Source of the DNA: Planctomycetota bacterium
GTDB lineage: Bacteria; Planctomycetota; JAJSAM01; JAJVHW01
Assembly (NCBI GenBank): GCA_965248445.1
Contig: CBDFJG010000003.1
Coordinates: 1,216,001-1,280,000, forward strand
Length of the DNA stretch: 64,000 bases
Direction of reading: 5' to 3'
In this document: positions 19,383-29,224 of the stretch, piece by piece
Layout of the letters: each line of letters begins with the position of its first letter
Numbering within the stretch: position 1 is the stretch's first letter
Notes under the pieces: model-generated
Seen by the model: the letters and a program-made list of their open reading frames with translations, nothing else
Told to the model about the DNA's origin: nothing
The model's database searches: none
Translations under genes and position numbers: made by a program

Positions 19383-20387
19383 CTAGGCGGGCCCGCGACG
19401 GATGGCGGCGACGATGTCAAGGCTCAGCGAGACCGCAGCGAGCCCGGCCCGGCCGGAGACCTCGGGTTCGGTGCCGTCCCGGACGCAACACAGGAACGAC
19501 CGGATCTCGTCGGTGAGCGCGTCCGCCGGGGCCACGTCGAGCTCCTGGACGGTCAGCAGATCGCTGAACACCGCCCCCTTCAGGTCGGCCAGTGAACTGG
19601 CGCCGCTGCGCAGCTCCATCACCTTCTCGACCGTGAGCTCTGGCGACTTCTCGTAGAGGTGGCCCTTGCGCTCGCCGAAGTCGACGACCAGGTAGCTCGA
19701 TGGGCTGAATACGCGCAGGCGCCGGTCGGTCTTCATCGCCACGCGGCTCGCGGTCAGGTTGGCGACGCAACCGTTCTCGAAGACGACGCGGGCGTTCGCG
19801 ATGTCCTCGTGCCGCGTGAGCACCGGCACTCCGACGGCGTCAACCCGCTTGGGCGGAGACCCGGCCAGGTCAAGGACGAGATCGATGTCGTGGATCATCA
19901 GGTCCATCACGACGCCGACGTCAGCCGAGCGGAAGGAGAACGGCGCCACGCGGGTCGCCTCGATGAACCGGGGTTCGATGCGGTGCTCGCGCAGCGCGCG
20001 GGTCGCGGGATTGAACCGCTCGACGTGGCCCACCTGCAGGACGGCGCCAGATCGGTCTGCAGCGGCGATCAGATCACGTCCCTCGGCGACGGTCTGCACC
20101 ATCGGCTTCTCGACCAGCGCCGAGACACCGCGCTCGAGCAGCGGGAGCGCCACGGCGTGATGATGTTCCGTGGGCACGGCGACCGCGACCGCTTCGACAT
20201 CGTCCGGTAGCGCGGAGGCGTCGGCCACGACCGGCACTCCGTACTGCTCGTGCACTTTCTCGCGAACAGCCGGATCGCGGTCCACGACCGCGACGAGTTC
20301 CGCCTCCTCCATGCCGTGGAGGATGCGTACGTGGTGGCGCCCGAAGCCGCCGGCGCCGATGACCGCCGTGCGCACGGGTCGGCTCAC
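19383..20387 (-). CDS. Gfo/Idh/MocA oxidoreductase, GnnA-like (UDP-GlcNAc 3-dehydrogenase candidate)
   Basis: VIGAGGFGRHH, VEKP, GHVERFNP, VVMDLMIHDID, ANLTASR; overlaps the lpxA stop. Confidence 0.82.
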   Translation of the reverse strand: MSRPVRTAVIGAGGFGRHHVRILHGMEEAELVAVVDRDPAVREKVHEQYGVPVVADASALPDDVEAVAVAVPTEHHHAVALPLLERGVSALVEKPMVQTVAEGRDLIAAADRSGAVLQVGHVERFNPATRALREHRIEPRFIEATRVAPFSFRSADVGVVMDLMIHDIDLVLDLAGSPPKRVDAVGVPVLTRHEDIANARVVFENGCVANLTASRVAMKTDRRLRVFSPSSYLVVDFGERKGHLYEKSPELTVEKVMELRSGASSLADLKGAVFSDLLTVQELDVAPADALTDEIRSFLCCVRDGTEPEVSGRAGLAAVSLSLDIVAAIRRGPA

Positions 20388-21190
20388 GCGCGCGTCCCCT
20401 CGAGCGCCCGCCCTTGCTTTCCGTGCGACATGGCTTCGAAGAACTGCCGCAGGCGCTCCACGTCATCGGACCAGACGCCGTCCGTGCGGAGCGCTTCGAA
20501 CGACTCGACCCACGTCGAGTGACGGCGCCGGAACACGTAGCGGAACGCCGTCCGCATCGTGTCGATGCGGTCCTCCGAGAATCCGCAGCGGCGCAGCCCC
20601 ACGACGTTCACCTTGGCCGTTCGCGCCGGGTTGCCCTCGGTGACCATGAACGGCGGCGCGTCGCGCACGAGTCGGGAGTACCCGCCAATGTAAGAGAGCG
20701 TGCGGACCGTCCCGAACTGGTGCATCCCCGAACTGCCGTTCATGATCGCGCGGTCCTCGACCCGCACGTGACCGGCGAGGAGCACCTGGTTCGCCAGCAC
20801 GACATCGCTGCGGACTTCGCAATCGTGTGCCACGTGGGCGCCGGCGAACAGCAGGTTGCGGTCGCCGATCCGCGTCACGCCGCCACCCTCGCCCGTGCCG
20901 CGGTGCACCGTCACGTGCTCGCGGAACAGATTGTCGTCGCCGATGACGGCGCGCGTGGGCTCGCCCCTGTACTTCTTGTCCTGAGGCGCTCCGCCGACGA
21001 CGGCGCCTCCCCAGACCACGTTCCGGTCGCCCACCTCGGTACCGGGACCCTCGATGATCGCGTGCGCACGGATCTCGTTGTCGCTGCCGATCTTGGTGCC
21101 CGGCGCGACGTACGCGAACGGCCCGATCGTCGTGCCCTCGCCGATTTCGGCGGTCGGATCGACGTGGGCGAGCGGATGGATGCCGGTCAC
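20384..21190 (-). CDS. lpxA: Acyl-ACP--UDP-N-acetylglucosamine O-acyltransferase
   Basis: IHPLAHVDP, hexapeptide repeats, PQDKKY, HRGT, HVAHDC, GHV, HQF. Confidence 0.96.
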   Translation of the reverse strand: MTGIHPLAHVDPTAEIGEGTTIGPFAYVAPGTKIGSDNEIRAHAIIEGPGTEVGDRNVVWGGAVVGGAPQDKKYRGEPTRAVIGDDNLFREHVTVHRGTGEGGGVTRIGDRNLLFAGAHVAHDCEVRSDVVLANQVLLAGHVRVEDRAIMNGSSGMHQFGTVRTLSYIGGYSRLVRDAPPFMVTEGNPARTAKVNVVGLRRCGFSEDRIDTMRTAFRYVFRRRHSTWVESFEALRTDGVWSDDVERLRQFFEAMSHGKQGRALEGTRA

Positions 21191-21200
21191 GCGGCGGTCC

Positions 21201-22508
21201 TCAGGCGTCCGTCAGCATGAAGTTGATCTGTGCCTCGCAGGCGAGTTTGCCCTCGACGGTGGCGCGGCAGTGAACCCGCGCCGACCGCGACCGGACCTTG
21301 AGCGCCTCGGCCTCGATCCGCAGCTGATCGCCCGGCACCACGGAGCGACGCAACTTCACCTTGTCGATCGAGAGGAGCACCGCGAGCTTGTTCGTGTTGT
21401 CGAGCTTGCGGAACAGCAGCACGCCGGCCAACTGCGCCATCGCCTCGACGATCAGGACACCGGGCATGATCGGCGCCTGCGGCCAGTGGCCCTGGAAGAA
21501 CGGCTCGTTGATCGTGACGTTCTTGATGCCGACGGCACGCTTCAGCCCCTCGACCTCGATCACACGATCGATGAGCAGGAACGGATACCGGTGCGGCAGG
21601 ATGCGCAGGATCTCGCGAATGTCGATCGTCGAGTCCCGGCGCAGGCCCTCGGCGATCTCCGCGTCGCGCACGTGCTTCTGCAGCTCGCGCACCATCGTCG
21701 AGTTGAGTTCGTGTCCCGACTTGGTCGCAACGATGCGCGCGTGCAGGTCGAGGTTCATCAGGAAGAAGTCGCCGATCAGGTCGAGCAGTTTGTGGCGCAC
21801 GGGCTCATCGGGGAAGCGCAGCCGGTTGTCGATCACGCCCTTCTCGCCGAACACGAGTGTGTTCTCGTACGTCGCGCCCTGCCCGAGTCCGGACGTCTTG
21901 AGCTGAACCGCTTCTTCCTCGAGGCAGAACGTCCGCGCGGGAGCGATCTCGTTGACGTACGACGTCTCTGCGAGTCGCACCCAGTGGTACTGGCTGCCCA
22001 CGAACGGCGAGCCCGCGTAGTCGAGCGTGTAGCTGAACGAGAGTCCCCGCTCCGCGGGAAGCGCGACGATCGACGCGTCGCCGCCGCCGCTGCTCACCGC
22101 CAGCGGGGTGAGGAGCTGGAACTCCTTGCGCGGCGTGCCCTGCTCCACGGGCTTGGCGGCCTTGAGCGCCTCGACGAACGGCAGTGCGCTCCCGTCGAGA
22201 CCCGGCAGCTCCGGTCCGTCGAGCTCTACAACGAGATTGTCGATCCGGAGCGCGTGGCACGCCGAGAGCAGGTGCTCGACCGTGTGGACCTCCGCACCCT
22301 CGAAGCGGATCGAGGTGCGGCGCCCGGTCGTGTCGACGTAGTCCACGTCGGCAGGGATGCGCGGCTGGTCGGGCAGATCGGTGCGGACGAAGGCCACGCC
22401 GTGGTCCGCCGGAGCCGGGAGGATGCGGAGGTTGACGGCCTTGCCGGTGTGGAGCCCCACCCCGGCCAGGTCGTACGAGCCCTCGATGGATCTCTGGTTC
22501 CTGCCCAC
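21201..22508 (-). CDS. lpxC-fabZ: Bifunctional LpxC (UDP-3-O-acyl-GlcNAc deacetylase) / FabZ (3-hydroxyacyl-ACP dehydratase)
   Basis: GVGLHTG, TVEHLLSA, ARTF, RHKLLDLIGD, then LPHRYPFLLIDR, FFQGHWP..PIMPGVLIVEAMAQ. Confidence 0.96.
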   Translation of the reverse strand: MGRNQRSIEGSYDLAGVGLHTGKAVNLRILPAPADHGVAFVRTDLPDQPRIPADVDYVDTTGRRTSIRFEGAEVHTVEHLLSACHALRIDNLVVELDGPELPGLDGSALPFVEALKAAKPVEQGTPRKEFQLLTPLAVSSGGGDASIVALPAERGLSFSYTLDYAGSPFVGSQYHWVRLAETSYVNEIAPARTFCLEEEAVQLKTSGLGQGATYENTLVFGEKGVIDNRLRFPDEPVRHKLLDLIGDFFLMNLDLHARIVATKSGHELNSTMVRELQKHVRDAEIAEGLRRDSTIDIREILRILPHRYPFLLIDRVIEVEGLKRAVGIKNVTINEPFFQGHWPQAPIMPGVLIVEAMAQLAGVLLFRKLDNTNKLAVLLSIDKVKLRRSVVPGDQLRIEAEALKVRSRSARVHCRATVEGKLACEAQINFMLTDA

Positions 22509-22585
22509 GATGTTGATTCTCCCCGCGCGGCAGACAGCGGCAAAGGGGGACTTGCGGGTGGAGCCGGCTTTCGAGCCTGGGAGGC

Positions 22586-23155
22586 TCAGCGCCCGTTGAG
22601 CTGATTGATCAGGTCACGGGTCAGGTCGTTGCGAGGATCGCTCCAGACGACCGTCCGGGTGGCGGTCACCAGCTCGATGTCGGCGGTCTTCGCGAAGTCC
22701 TGGGGGAGCGGCGCAGACTGCAACACGGCACCATACCCGCGGTTGCGGCCGAGCACCTCCACGGCGGCCACGATCTCCTTGTACATGAGCCCTTCCTGGT
22801 AGGTCGCGTCCCGCTGGATCGAGCGCAGCCCTTCCTCCTCGTCGAACTGGATCTGCGCCTGCAGCAGAGCGAGTTCACGCATCTTCGCGCTGTACTCGGG
22901 CGCCTCCTTGTTCAGCGTCTTGAGCGTCTGGGAGAGTGCCTCTGCACGGTCCACGTCGGCCTGGATGCGTGACTTCAGCGCGCCCTGTCGGGACTGCAGG
23001 CTGTTGAGAACGGTCTGACGCTTCGTGTACTCGCGGAACGCCTGTCGCACGTCCACGAACGCGATGCGATCCGGCGCCTGCTGCGAGGACGCCTCGCGGG
23101 CGACAACCGCCAGGCCGAGCGTGACGATGAGGACGAGGGAGATGAGTCGCTGCAT
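22586..23155 (-). CDS. skp: OmpH/Skp periplasmic chaperone
   Basis: Signal peptide, RIAFVDV, coiled-coil body, DLT..LI C-terminus; follows bamA. Confidence 0.8.
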   Translation of the reverse strand: MQRLISLVLIVTLGLAVVAREASSQQAPDRIAFVDVRQAFREYTKRQTVLNSLQSRQGALKSRIQADVDRAEALSQTLKTLNKEAPEYSAKMRELALLQAQIQFDEEEGLRSIQRDATYQEGLMYKEIVAAVEVLGRNRGYGAVLQSAPLPQDFAKTADIELVTATRTVVWSDPRNDLTRDLINQLNGR

Positions 23156-23264
23156 GGGGGCCTCCACCTGAGTGCGCACCGGGCTTCGCTTGTTCATCCG
23201 AATTCGGCCGTCCAAGGCCCGGTCCGGAAACGCGTGAGAGTACGGGATCGCGATCGACGGACGG

Positions 23265-25940
23265 TCAGAAGTCGCGCGAGACCGAGAACGAGAGGATCTG
23301 CGTCTCGTCGCCGTCCTCTTCGCTGATCGGGACGGCGATGTCCACGGCGATCGGCTGCGTGCCGAAGCCCGGGATCTTGATGCGGATACCGAAGCCGACC
23401 GCAACGCGGAGGTCGCTGAACAGCGAGTTGTTGTCGTCGAAGGCGAGCCTCCGGCCGAGCTGCTTCTGCCTCTTGTTGCCGTTCAGCAGCCGTCGGCGGA
23501 GCCGTGCCACACGGCCCTCGTCCAGACCGTGCGACGAGTCGAGGTCATCGCGCGCGAACCCGGCGTCAATGAACACGACACCGCGCAGCATCCGCTCGTA
23601 CAGCGGGAACTGGTACTCGGCGGTGGACGTGAACAGGACGTCGCCGCCCAACGGGTCGCCTTCGTTCTCGAGGATCGACGCCGCGGTCTGTCCGAGACGG
23701 ACCCGTCGCCTGCCGGGCTTGCCGATCTCGCTGTTACGGCGACGCAGGAACGGGTCGCCCTCGCCGTGGGGGCCGGCGCCGCCGAGAGCGAAGCCGCGGA
23801 TCGAAGAGCTGCCGCCTGCGCGATACCGTTCATAGATCGGCACGAACTCGTTGTCGAACAGGTTGTTGCCGACAGACTCCGAACCGGACATCTCCTTGGC
23901 GACCGCGAACAAGCCCCCGACGGTGAACACGTGATCGCGTTCCTCGGCGTCGCGGTGCACGACCCAGTAGCGGCGCGCCTCGACCTGGTTCTTCCAGACC
24001 TGCACGTCGCTGGCGAACCCGAACTCCGTGGAGAACTCACCGAACCAACCCGACGTCGGGTCCACCGAACTGTCGAGTCGGTCGAGCCGCACGCCCAGTC
24101 GTTGCGCGATCAAGCCGAGGTCGCCCTCGGACAGGAACGCGGTCGGCGAGCTGTCGCGGTCGATGTCCTGGACGTCGTGCTCCTCGATGCGCGTGGTGCC
24201 GGAGACGCTCAGCTCTGTGTCGACCTTCTTGCCGGGGTAGCGGAAGCGGCGGCCGAGCGAGAGGTTCAGGCCGCGCCGGTCGACCTGGTAGTCGAAGCGG
24301 TTGAACTTCGTCAGGAACAGGTCCCAGCCGAAGGAGATCGGCTTGTCGAACATCCACGGCTCGGTGAACGCCACGCGATAGGAGGAGAAGTCCGAGCCGG
24401 GCGACAGGTCGAGCTTGAACGTCTGCCCTCCGCCGGTGAACGCCCGGCCGTTGAACACGTCGCCGAGGCGTTCCGGCCAGTCCTTCCAGTCGAAGTTCCG
24501 CTTCGTCAGCGTGACGCTGCCGATCAAGCCCAGGTCGCTCGACACGCCGGCCGCGAAGCGAACCTGGCCTGTGCGAACGTTGTCGTCGACCTCGAAGATC
24601 ACGTCCTTCTGGTTCGGGTCCTCGGTGGACGGGACGTCGCGAACCGTCGCTGCGACGCGCCCGAAGTACTGCAGCGAACGCAGACGACGGACGCTCTTGT
24701 CGACCTCGTTCTGGTTCAGGATGCCGTCGGGGTAGATGCTGATCTCACGCACGATCACGTCATCGCGCGTGATCGTGTTGCCGCGGATGTCGAGGCGGCG
24801 CACACGCACCTTCGACTGCTCCTCCACCTTGAACTCGAGATTCACGGTGTGTCCGACCGAGGGCAGCGTCTCGGCGGGCACGACGCGCACGGCGAAGAAC
24901 CCCTCTTCGCGGTACGCGGTCTCGAGCGCGTCGATGCTGCGCGACACGTCGCGCGCGCGGCGCCGGCGGCCGTTCTCGACGTGCAGGACCTCCATCAGCG
25001 CGCCGACGCCGCCCGGGTAGCTCGTCGAGCCCGTGATCGAGACGCTTCCGACCCGGTAGCCCGGCCCCTCGTGCACGGCGATCGTGATGTCCACGTCCTC
25101 GCGGTCCTGGGAGAAGCCCGGCCGGCCGGCCAGCTCCACCGTCGCATCGAGGAACCCCTCGGCACGGTAGAACTGCCGCAGGGTGAGCAGGTCGAGGCGC
25201 AGAGTCTCCTCGACAAACTCGTCGCTGCTGAGACCGAGCAGACCGCCGTCCCGCGTGACCATGTTCTCGCGGAGGCGGTCTTCGGTGATCGAGTCGTTGC
25301 CGACGAAGGAGATCGAATCGACCTCGACCTCCGGTCCCTCGCGCACATCGAACACGACGCGCTTGTCGCCGCCCATCTCCTCGACGCGGTTCGTGACCTC
25401 GACGAAGTGGTATCCCTTGCGCCGGTAGACGTCGCGGATGCGCCGCACGTCGTTGGCGAGCCGATAGTCGGCCAGGGGCTTGCCGGCCGACGTGGACACG
25501 ACCTCCTGGACCTCACGGAGCGCGACCTGGTCCACTCCCACGTACTCGACCTTGCGCACGATCGGGTTCTCGGTGACGAGGAAGCGGATGTGCACACCGT
25601 CCGCGACCGGCTCCTCCTCGAGTTGCACCGAGTCGAACAGCCCGTAGAGCGTGTTCACGTCCTCCTGCAGGAGCGTGCGGTCGAGCACCTCGCCGATCTT
25701 GGTCCGCAGAGACAGCCTCAGCACGTCGTCCTCGAACCGCCGGTTACCGACGAACTCGATCGACTTGATCCGCTGCTCCTGGGGGAGCGGCTGCGCGGCG
25801 GTTGCGTGCGCTGACGGCGGCTGACGCGAAGGATCCTGAGGCGCCGGGGGCATCGGAGCGTCCTGGCCGAAGGCGTGACCCTGCAGGCCGAACGCAAGGA
25901 GCAACGAAACCAGCGTGGAGACGGAGACCTTCCGAGTCAT
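23265..25940 (-). CDS. bamA: Outer membrane protein assembly factor BamA
   Basis: POTRA repeats (IEFVGN, ISFVGN, IRGNTITRDDVIVRE), FTEPW, IRGF motif, terminal Phe. Confidence 0.95.
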   Translation of the reverse strand: MTRKVSVSTLVSLLLAFGLQGHAFGQDAPMPPAPQDPSRQPPSAHATAAQPLPQEQRIKSIEFVGNRRFEDDVLRLSLRTKIGEVLDRTLLQEDVNTLYGLFDSVQLEEEPVADGVHIRFLVTENPIVRKVEYVGVDQVALREVQEVVSTSAGKPLADYRLANDVRRIRDVYRRKGYHFVEVTNRVEEMGGDKRVVFDVREGPEVEVDSISFVGNDSITEDRLRENMVTRDGGLLGLSSDEFVEETLRLDLLTLRQFYRAEGFLDATVELAGRPGFSQDREDVDITIAVHEGPGYRVGSVSITGSTSYPGGVGALMEVLHVENGRRRRARDVSRSIDALETAYREEGFFAVRVVPAETLPSVGHTVNLEFKVEEQSKVRVRRLDIRGNTITRDDVIVREISIYPDGILNQNEVDKSVRRLRSLQYFGRVAATVRDVPSTEDPNQKDVIFEVDDNVRTGQVRFAAGVSSDLGLIGSVTLTKRNFDWKDWPERLGDVFNGRAFTGGGQTFKLDLSPGSDFSSYRVAFTEPWMFDKPISFGWDLFLTKFNRFDYQVDRRGLNLSLGRRFRYPGKKVDTELSVSGTTRIEEHDVQDIDRDSSPTAFLSEGDLGLIAQRLGVRLDRLDSSVDPTSGWFGEFSTEFGFASDVQVWKNQVEARRYWVVHRDAEERDHVFTVGGLFAVAKEMSGSESVGNNLFDNEFVPIYERYRAGGSSSIRGFALGGAGPHGEGDPFLRRRNSEIGKPGRRRVRLGQTAASILENEGDPLGGDVLFTSTAEYQFPLYERMLRGVVFIDAGFARDDLDSSHGLDEGRVARLRRRLLNGNKRQKQLGRRLAFDDNNSLFSDLRVAVGFGIRIKIPGFGTQPIAVDIAVPISEEDGDETQILSFSVSRDF

Positions 25941-26160
25941 GCAGCGTCCCTCCCAGGACCGGATGTGGGAACTTGCGTGGAACCGGCGTGGCGACTTCCG
26001 AAGCGCACACCGCCACACATGCCGACGCCCCAGGCACTTAGAGCGGTGTCCTGAGGCGAACCGCCGACGATAGCAGCGGGTTGCGGGCGGAGCCAGACCG
26101 GGATTCCCGCCCCGCGCTTGGTGCTCTCAGTCCGCCGCAGAGGGTAGATTCCGCCTCCCC

Positions 26161-27498
26161 ATGCAGCGCGTCCCACCCCACGACACCGAGGCCGAAGTGG
26201 CCGTGCTGGGCTCGATGCTCCTGGACCCGGAAGCTGCCGGCCGGATCGCCGCGTTCCTCAAGCCCGAGGACTTCTACCGGGGCCCCCACGGCGAGGTGTT
26301 CGGGGTCCTGCAGGAGATCTTCGACGAGAACCGCGCCATCGACGTCGTCCTCCTCCGTGAGGAGCTCGAGCGCAAGGGTCTGCTGGAGAAGGTCGGGGGC
26401 ACCAGCTTCATCTCGCGCATCGTCTCGACGGTCCCGTCGGCGGCGAACTCAGAGCACTACGGGAAGATCGTCCGCGCCGCGGCGGTGCGACGCTCGATCA
26501 TCCAGGCGTCCCACGAGATCGAGCGCGAAGCGTACGACGGCGGGCTGAAGGGCCAGGAGCTGATCGACTTCGCGGAGAGCAAGTTCTTCGAGATGGCGCG
26601 CCAGTCGGGGAGCGCCGACGCGCTGCACATCCGCGAGATTCTGAAGGAGACGTTCGGTCGCATCGACGCGATGCACAGCCAGGCGGGCAGCCTGACCGGC
26701 GTACCGACCGGTTTCTACGACCTGGACGACATGACGTCCGGACTGCAGAGCGGAGAGCTGATCGTCGTGGCCGCGCGCCCGTCGATGGGCAAGACGACGT
26801 TCGCGCTGAACCTCGCCGAGCACGCCGCGGTCGCCGAGCGGACTCCGGTCGCGATCTTCAGCCTCGAGATGTCGAAGGACTCACTCGTGCGCAACATGCT
26901 CTGCTCGCGGGCGCGGGTGGACGCGCTCAAGCTGCGCCGCGGGCTGCTGCGCGACGACGACTGGGGGCGGCTCTCCGCCGCGTCGGGGAAGCTGGGCGAG
27001 GCGCCGATCCACGTCGACGACACGCCCGGACTCTCTCCGCTGCAGCTGCGCACCAAGGCGAGGCGACTGCGTTCGCAGCACAACGTCGGGCTGATCATCG
27101 TGGACTACCTCCAGCTCATGGAGGTGGCCCACCGTCGCGACAGCAACCGGCAGGCGGAGATCAGTTACATCTCCCGCTCCATCAAGGGCCTGGCTCGCGA
27201 GTTGGAGATCCCCATCATCGCTCTGTCGCAGCTGAACCGCGCCGTCGACGCGCGCGAGGACCACCGCCCGCGCATGAGTGACCTGCGTGAGTCGGGCGCC
27301 ATCGAGCAAGACGCCGACGTCATCATGTTCCTCTACCGGCCGGCGTACTACGAGCACGACGAGCAGCGGCGGGCGGAGCTCGAGGGGCAGACCGAGGTGA
27401 TTATCGGCAAGCAGCGCAACGGGCCGACCGGCACCGTGCCGCTGACGTTCCTGGCGCAGTTCATGCGCTTCGAGAGCGCCGCTCGAATGCGGTACTGA
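26161..27498 (+). CDS. dnaB: Replicative DNA helicase
   Basis: PPHDTEAE.AVLG, AARPSMGKT, DYLQL, LSQLNR, DLRESGAIEQDAD, KQRNGPTG; no intein. Confidence 0.98.
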   Translation: MQRVPPHDTEAEVAVLGSMLLDPEAAGRIAAFLKPEDFYRGPHGEVFGVLQEIFDENRAIDVVLLREELERKGLLEKVGGTSFISRIVSTVPSAANSEHYGKIVRAAAVRRSIIQASHEIEREAYDGGLKGQELIDFAESKFFEMARQSGSADALHIREILKETFGRIDAMHSQAGSLTGVPTGFYDLDDMTSGLQSGELIVVAARPSMGKTTFALNLAEHAAVAERTPVAIFSLEMSKDSLVRNMLCSRARVDALKLRRGLLRDDDWGRLSAASGKLGEAPIHVDDTPGLSPLQLRTKARRLRSQHNVGLIIVDYLQLMEVAHRRDSNRQAEISYISRSIKGLARELEIPIIALSQLNRAVDAREDHRPRMSDLRESGAIEQDADVIMFLYRPAYYEHDEQRRAELEGQTEVIIGKQRNGPTGTVPLTFLAQFMRFESAARMRY

Positions 27499-27550
27499 CT
27501 GCGTCGCGTCATGCCGGTTGCTTCGCAACCGTCACGCCGCTCCTGGACAG

Positions 27551-27589
27551 TGTGTCTCCCTCCTACGCGGTCTCCGACCGCGACGGAGG
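27551..27589 (+). repeat. REP-like palindromic repeat, copy A
   Basis: TGTGTCTCCCTCCTACGCGGTCTCCGACCGCGACGGAGG, 38/39 identical to 41972-42010. Confidence 0.8.
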
Positions 27590-27679
27590 TGGCTCGCTGC
27601 GGCGCGTCACTCGGCGCGCGGACGCGCCCCTCGTGCCGCTCCTCGCTCGCGGTTGCCACATCGTCGGATCACGGGGCTG

Positions 27680-29143
27680 CTAAGCGGGCGGCGGCAACAA
27701 CCTCCGTTTGCCGTCGGCTGACATCGTCAGGCCGTCCTTGCCGTCGGGAAACTCACGGTCCCACAGCTGGCACGTGACCTCCTTGTGCCGCTGGTCGAGC
27801 GCCTCGCAGTAGTTCGTGTAGACGCAGCGGCGGATGGCGTCGCCCCGGCCCGAGCGCATCTTGTGCCACCAGTCGGGATCGGCGAGTGACTGGCGCGCAG
27901 CGGCGACGAGGTCGGCTTCGCCGCGCGCGAGGATGCCCTCGGCCAGTTCGAACGTGTTGATGCCGCCGGCGGTGACGATCGGCGTGTCGTGGCCGTCGTC
28001 ACGGACCGCCTGCCGGACCGCCGCGGCGAGCGGCACGTTGCGTCCGAACGGGCCCGGCGCTCCGACGAACACGGTCGGCATGCACTCTAGGCCGCTCTCG
28101 CCCGTGTACGGATACACCGCCTCGCCGACGCGCGGCTGTTTGGCATCGTCAAACTTGCCTCCCTTCGAAAGGGAGAGAAAGTCCATGCCCGCGGCAGCGA
28201 AGCGACGGGCGTAGAGCACGGCGTCGTCGACCGTGGAACCGCCCGCAATCGCCTCGTCGCCCAGGTAGCGGCAACCGACGACGAACTCCGGCGGGACGGC
28301 CGCACGCACGCGCTCGTACACCTCGAGCGGCAGCCGCACGCGTCCCTCAGGAGAACCGCCGTAGCCGTCCTCGCGGTCGTTCGTCCGGGAGAGGAACGAC
28401 GCCATGGTGTACGCGTGAGCGTAGTGCAGTTCGACGCCGTCGAAGCCGGCCTGGTGCGCGCGCGTCGCCGCGGACGCGAAGAGACCGGGCAGCACCTCGG
28501 GCAACTCTCGGACGTGCGGCAGGTCCACATCCGCGACCCGTTCCCGGTAGCCCATCCGCAGCGACTCGTGCTCACGCTCGTCGAGCACGTCGCCCCACCC
28601 GGCTTCGCCTAGAGCTAGCAGAGCGTCACGCACATCGGACTCGGCGCCCCCTCGCCATCGGTCGTCGCCCGTGCGTTCGGCCAGCCCCTCGCGGTGCCGG
28701 TCCGTCACATCCAGGAAGCGCGCGAAGTACTTCGCGGGATCCGGGCGCCGTCGGATGGTCAGAAAGTCGATGATCTGGATGAACAACCGAGTCTCACCGC
28801 CCGAGCGCGTGCGCACCTCGTCGACGAGGCGTCGCAGGCCGGGCAGGAACCGGTCGTGACCGATGCGGAGCAGCGGACCGCTCGGCACATCGCGGATGCC
28901 CGTCGCCTCGACCACGAGGACACCCGGTCGGCCGGACGCGAAGCGCCCGTACCACTGGATGACGTTCTCGGTGACGTGACCGTCGTCGGTCGCACGCCAG
29001 GGCACCATCGCGGGCACCCACGTGCGCGTCCCGACCTCGCACGTCGCTCCGACGCGGATCGGACTAAACAGTTGCGACGCCGCGGCCTCGCCGGCCGTCG
29101 GCCAGCGGGTCGGAAGGATCGGATGTCGTTCTCGTGCGGCCAT
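27680..29143 (-). CDS. NADH:flavin oxidoreductase (Old Yellow Enzyme family)
   Basis: LFSPI, PAM, GFDGVELHYAHAY..ASFLS..N.REDGYGGS.E.R, ARQSLADPD, C-terminal Cys cluster. Confidence 0.88.
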   Translation of the reverse strand: MAARERHPILPTRWPTAGEAAASQLFSPIRVGATCEVGTRTWVPAMVPWRATDDGHVTENVIQWYGRFASGRPGVLVVEATGIRDVPSGPLLRIGHDRFLPGLRRLVDEVRTRSGGETRLFIQIIDFLTIRRRPDPAKYFARFLDVTDRHREGLAERTGDDRWRGGAESDVRDALLALGEAGWGDVLDEREHESLRMGYRERVADVDLPHVRELPEVLPGLFASAATRAHQAGFDGVELHYAHAYTMASFLSRTNDREDGYGGSPEGRVRLPLEVYERVRAAVPPEFVVGCRYLGDEAIAGGSTVDDAVLYARRFAAAGMDFLSLSKGGKFDDAKQPRVGEAVYPYTGESGLECMPTVFVGAPGPFGRNVPLAAAVRQAVRDDGHDTPIVTAGGINTFELAEGILARGEADLVAAARQSLADPDWWHKMRSGRGDAIRRCVYTNYCEALDQRHKEVTCQLWDREFPDGKDGLTMSADGKRRLLPPPA

Positions 29144-29224
29144 GGCATGCGCACGGCCCCGCCGCGTCGAGCGACGGGGCCGCGGTGCGTTCGACTCCCT
29201 GTCCGCGCCCCGGTCTCCCGGGAG

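Noticed and set aside
21201..22508. LpxC-FabZ fusion, short EF-Ts, long IspG, Rho N-terminal extension as novelties
   Set aside because: All are established variants in several phyla.
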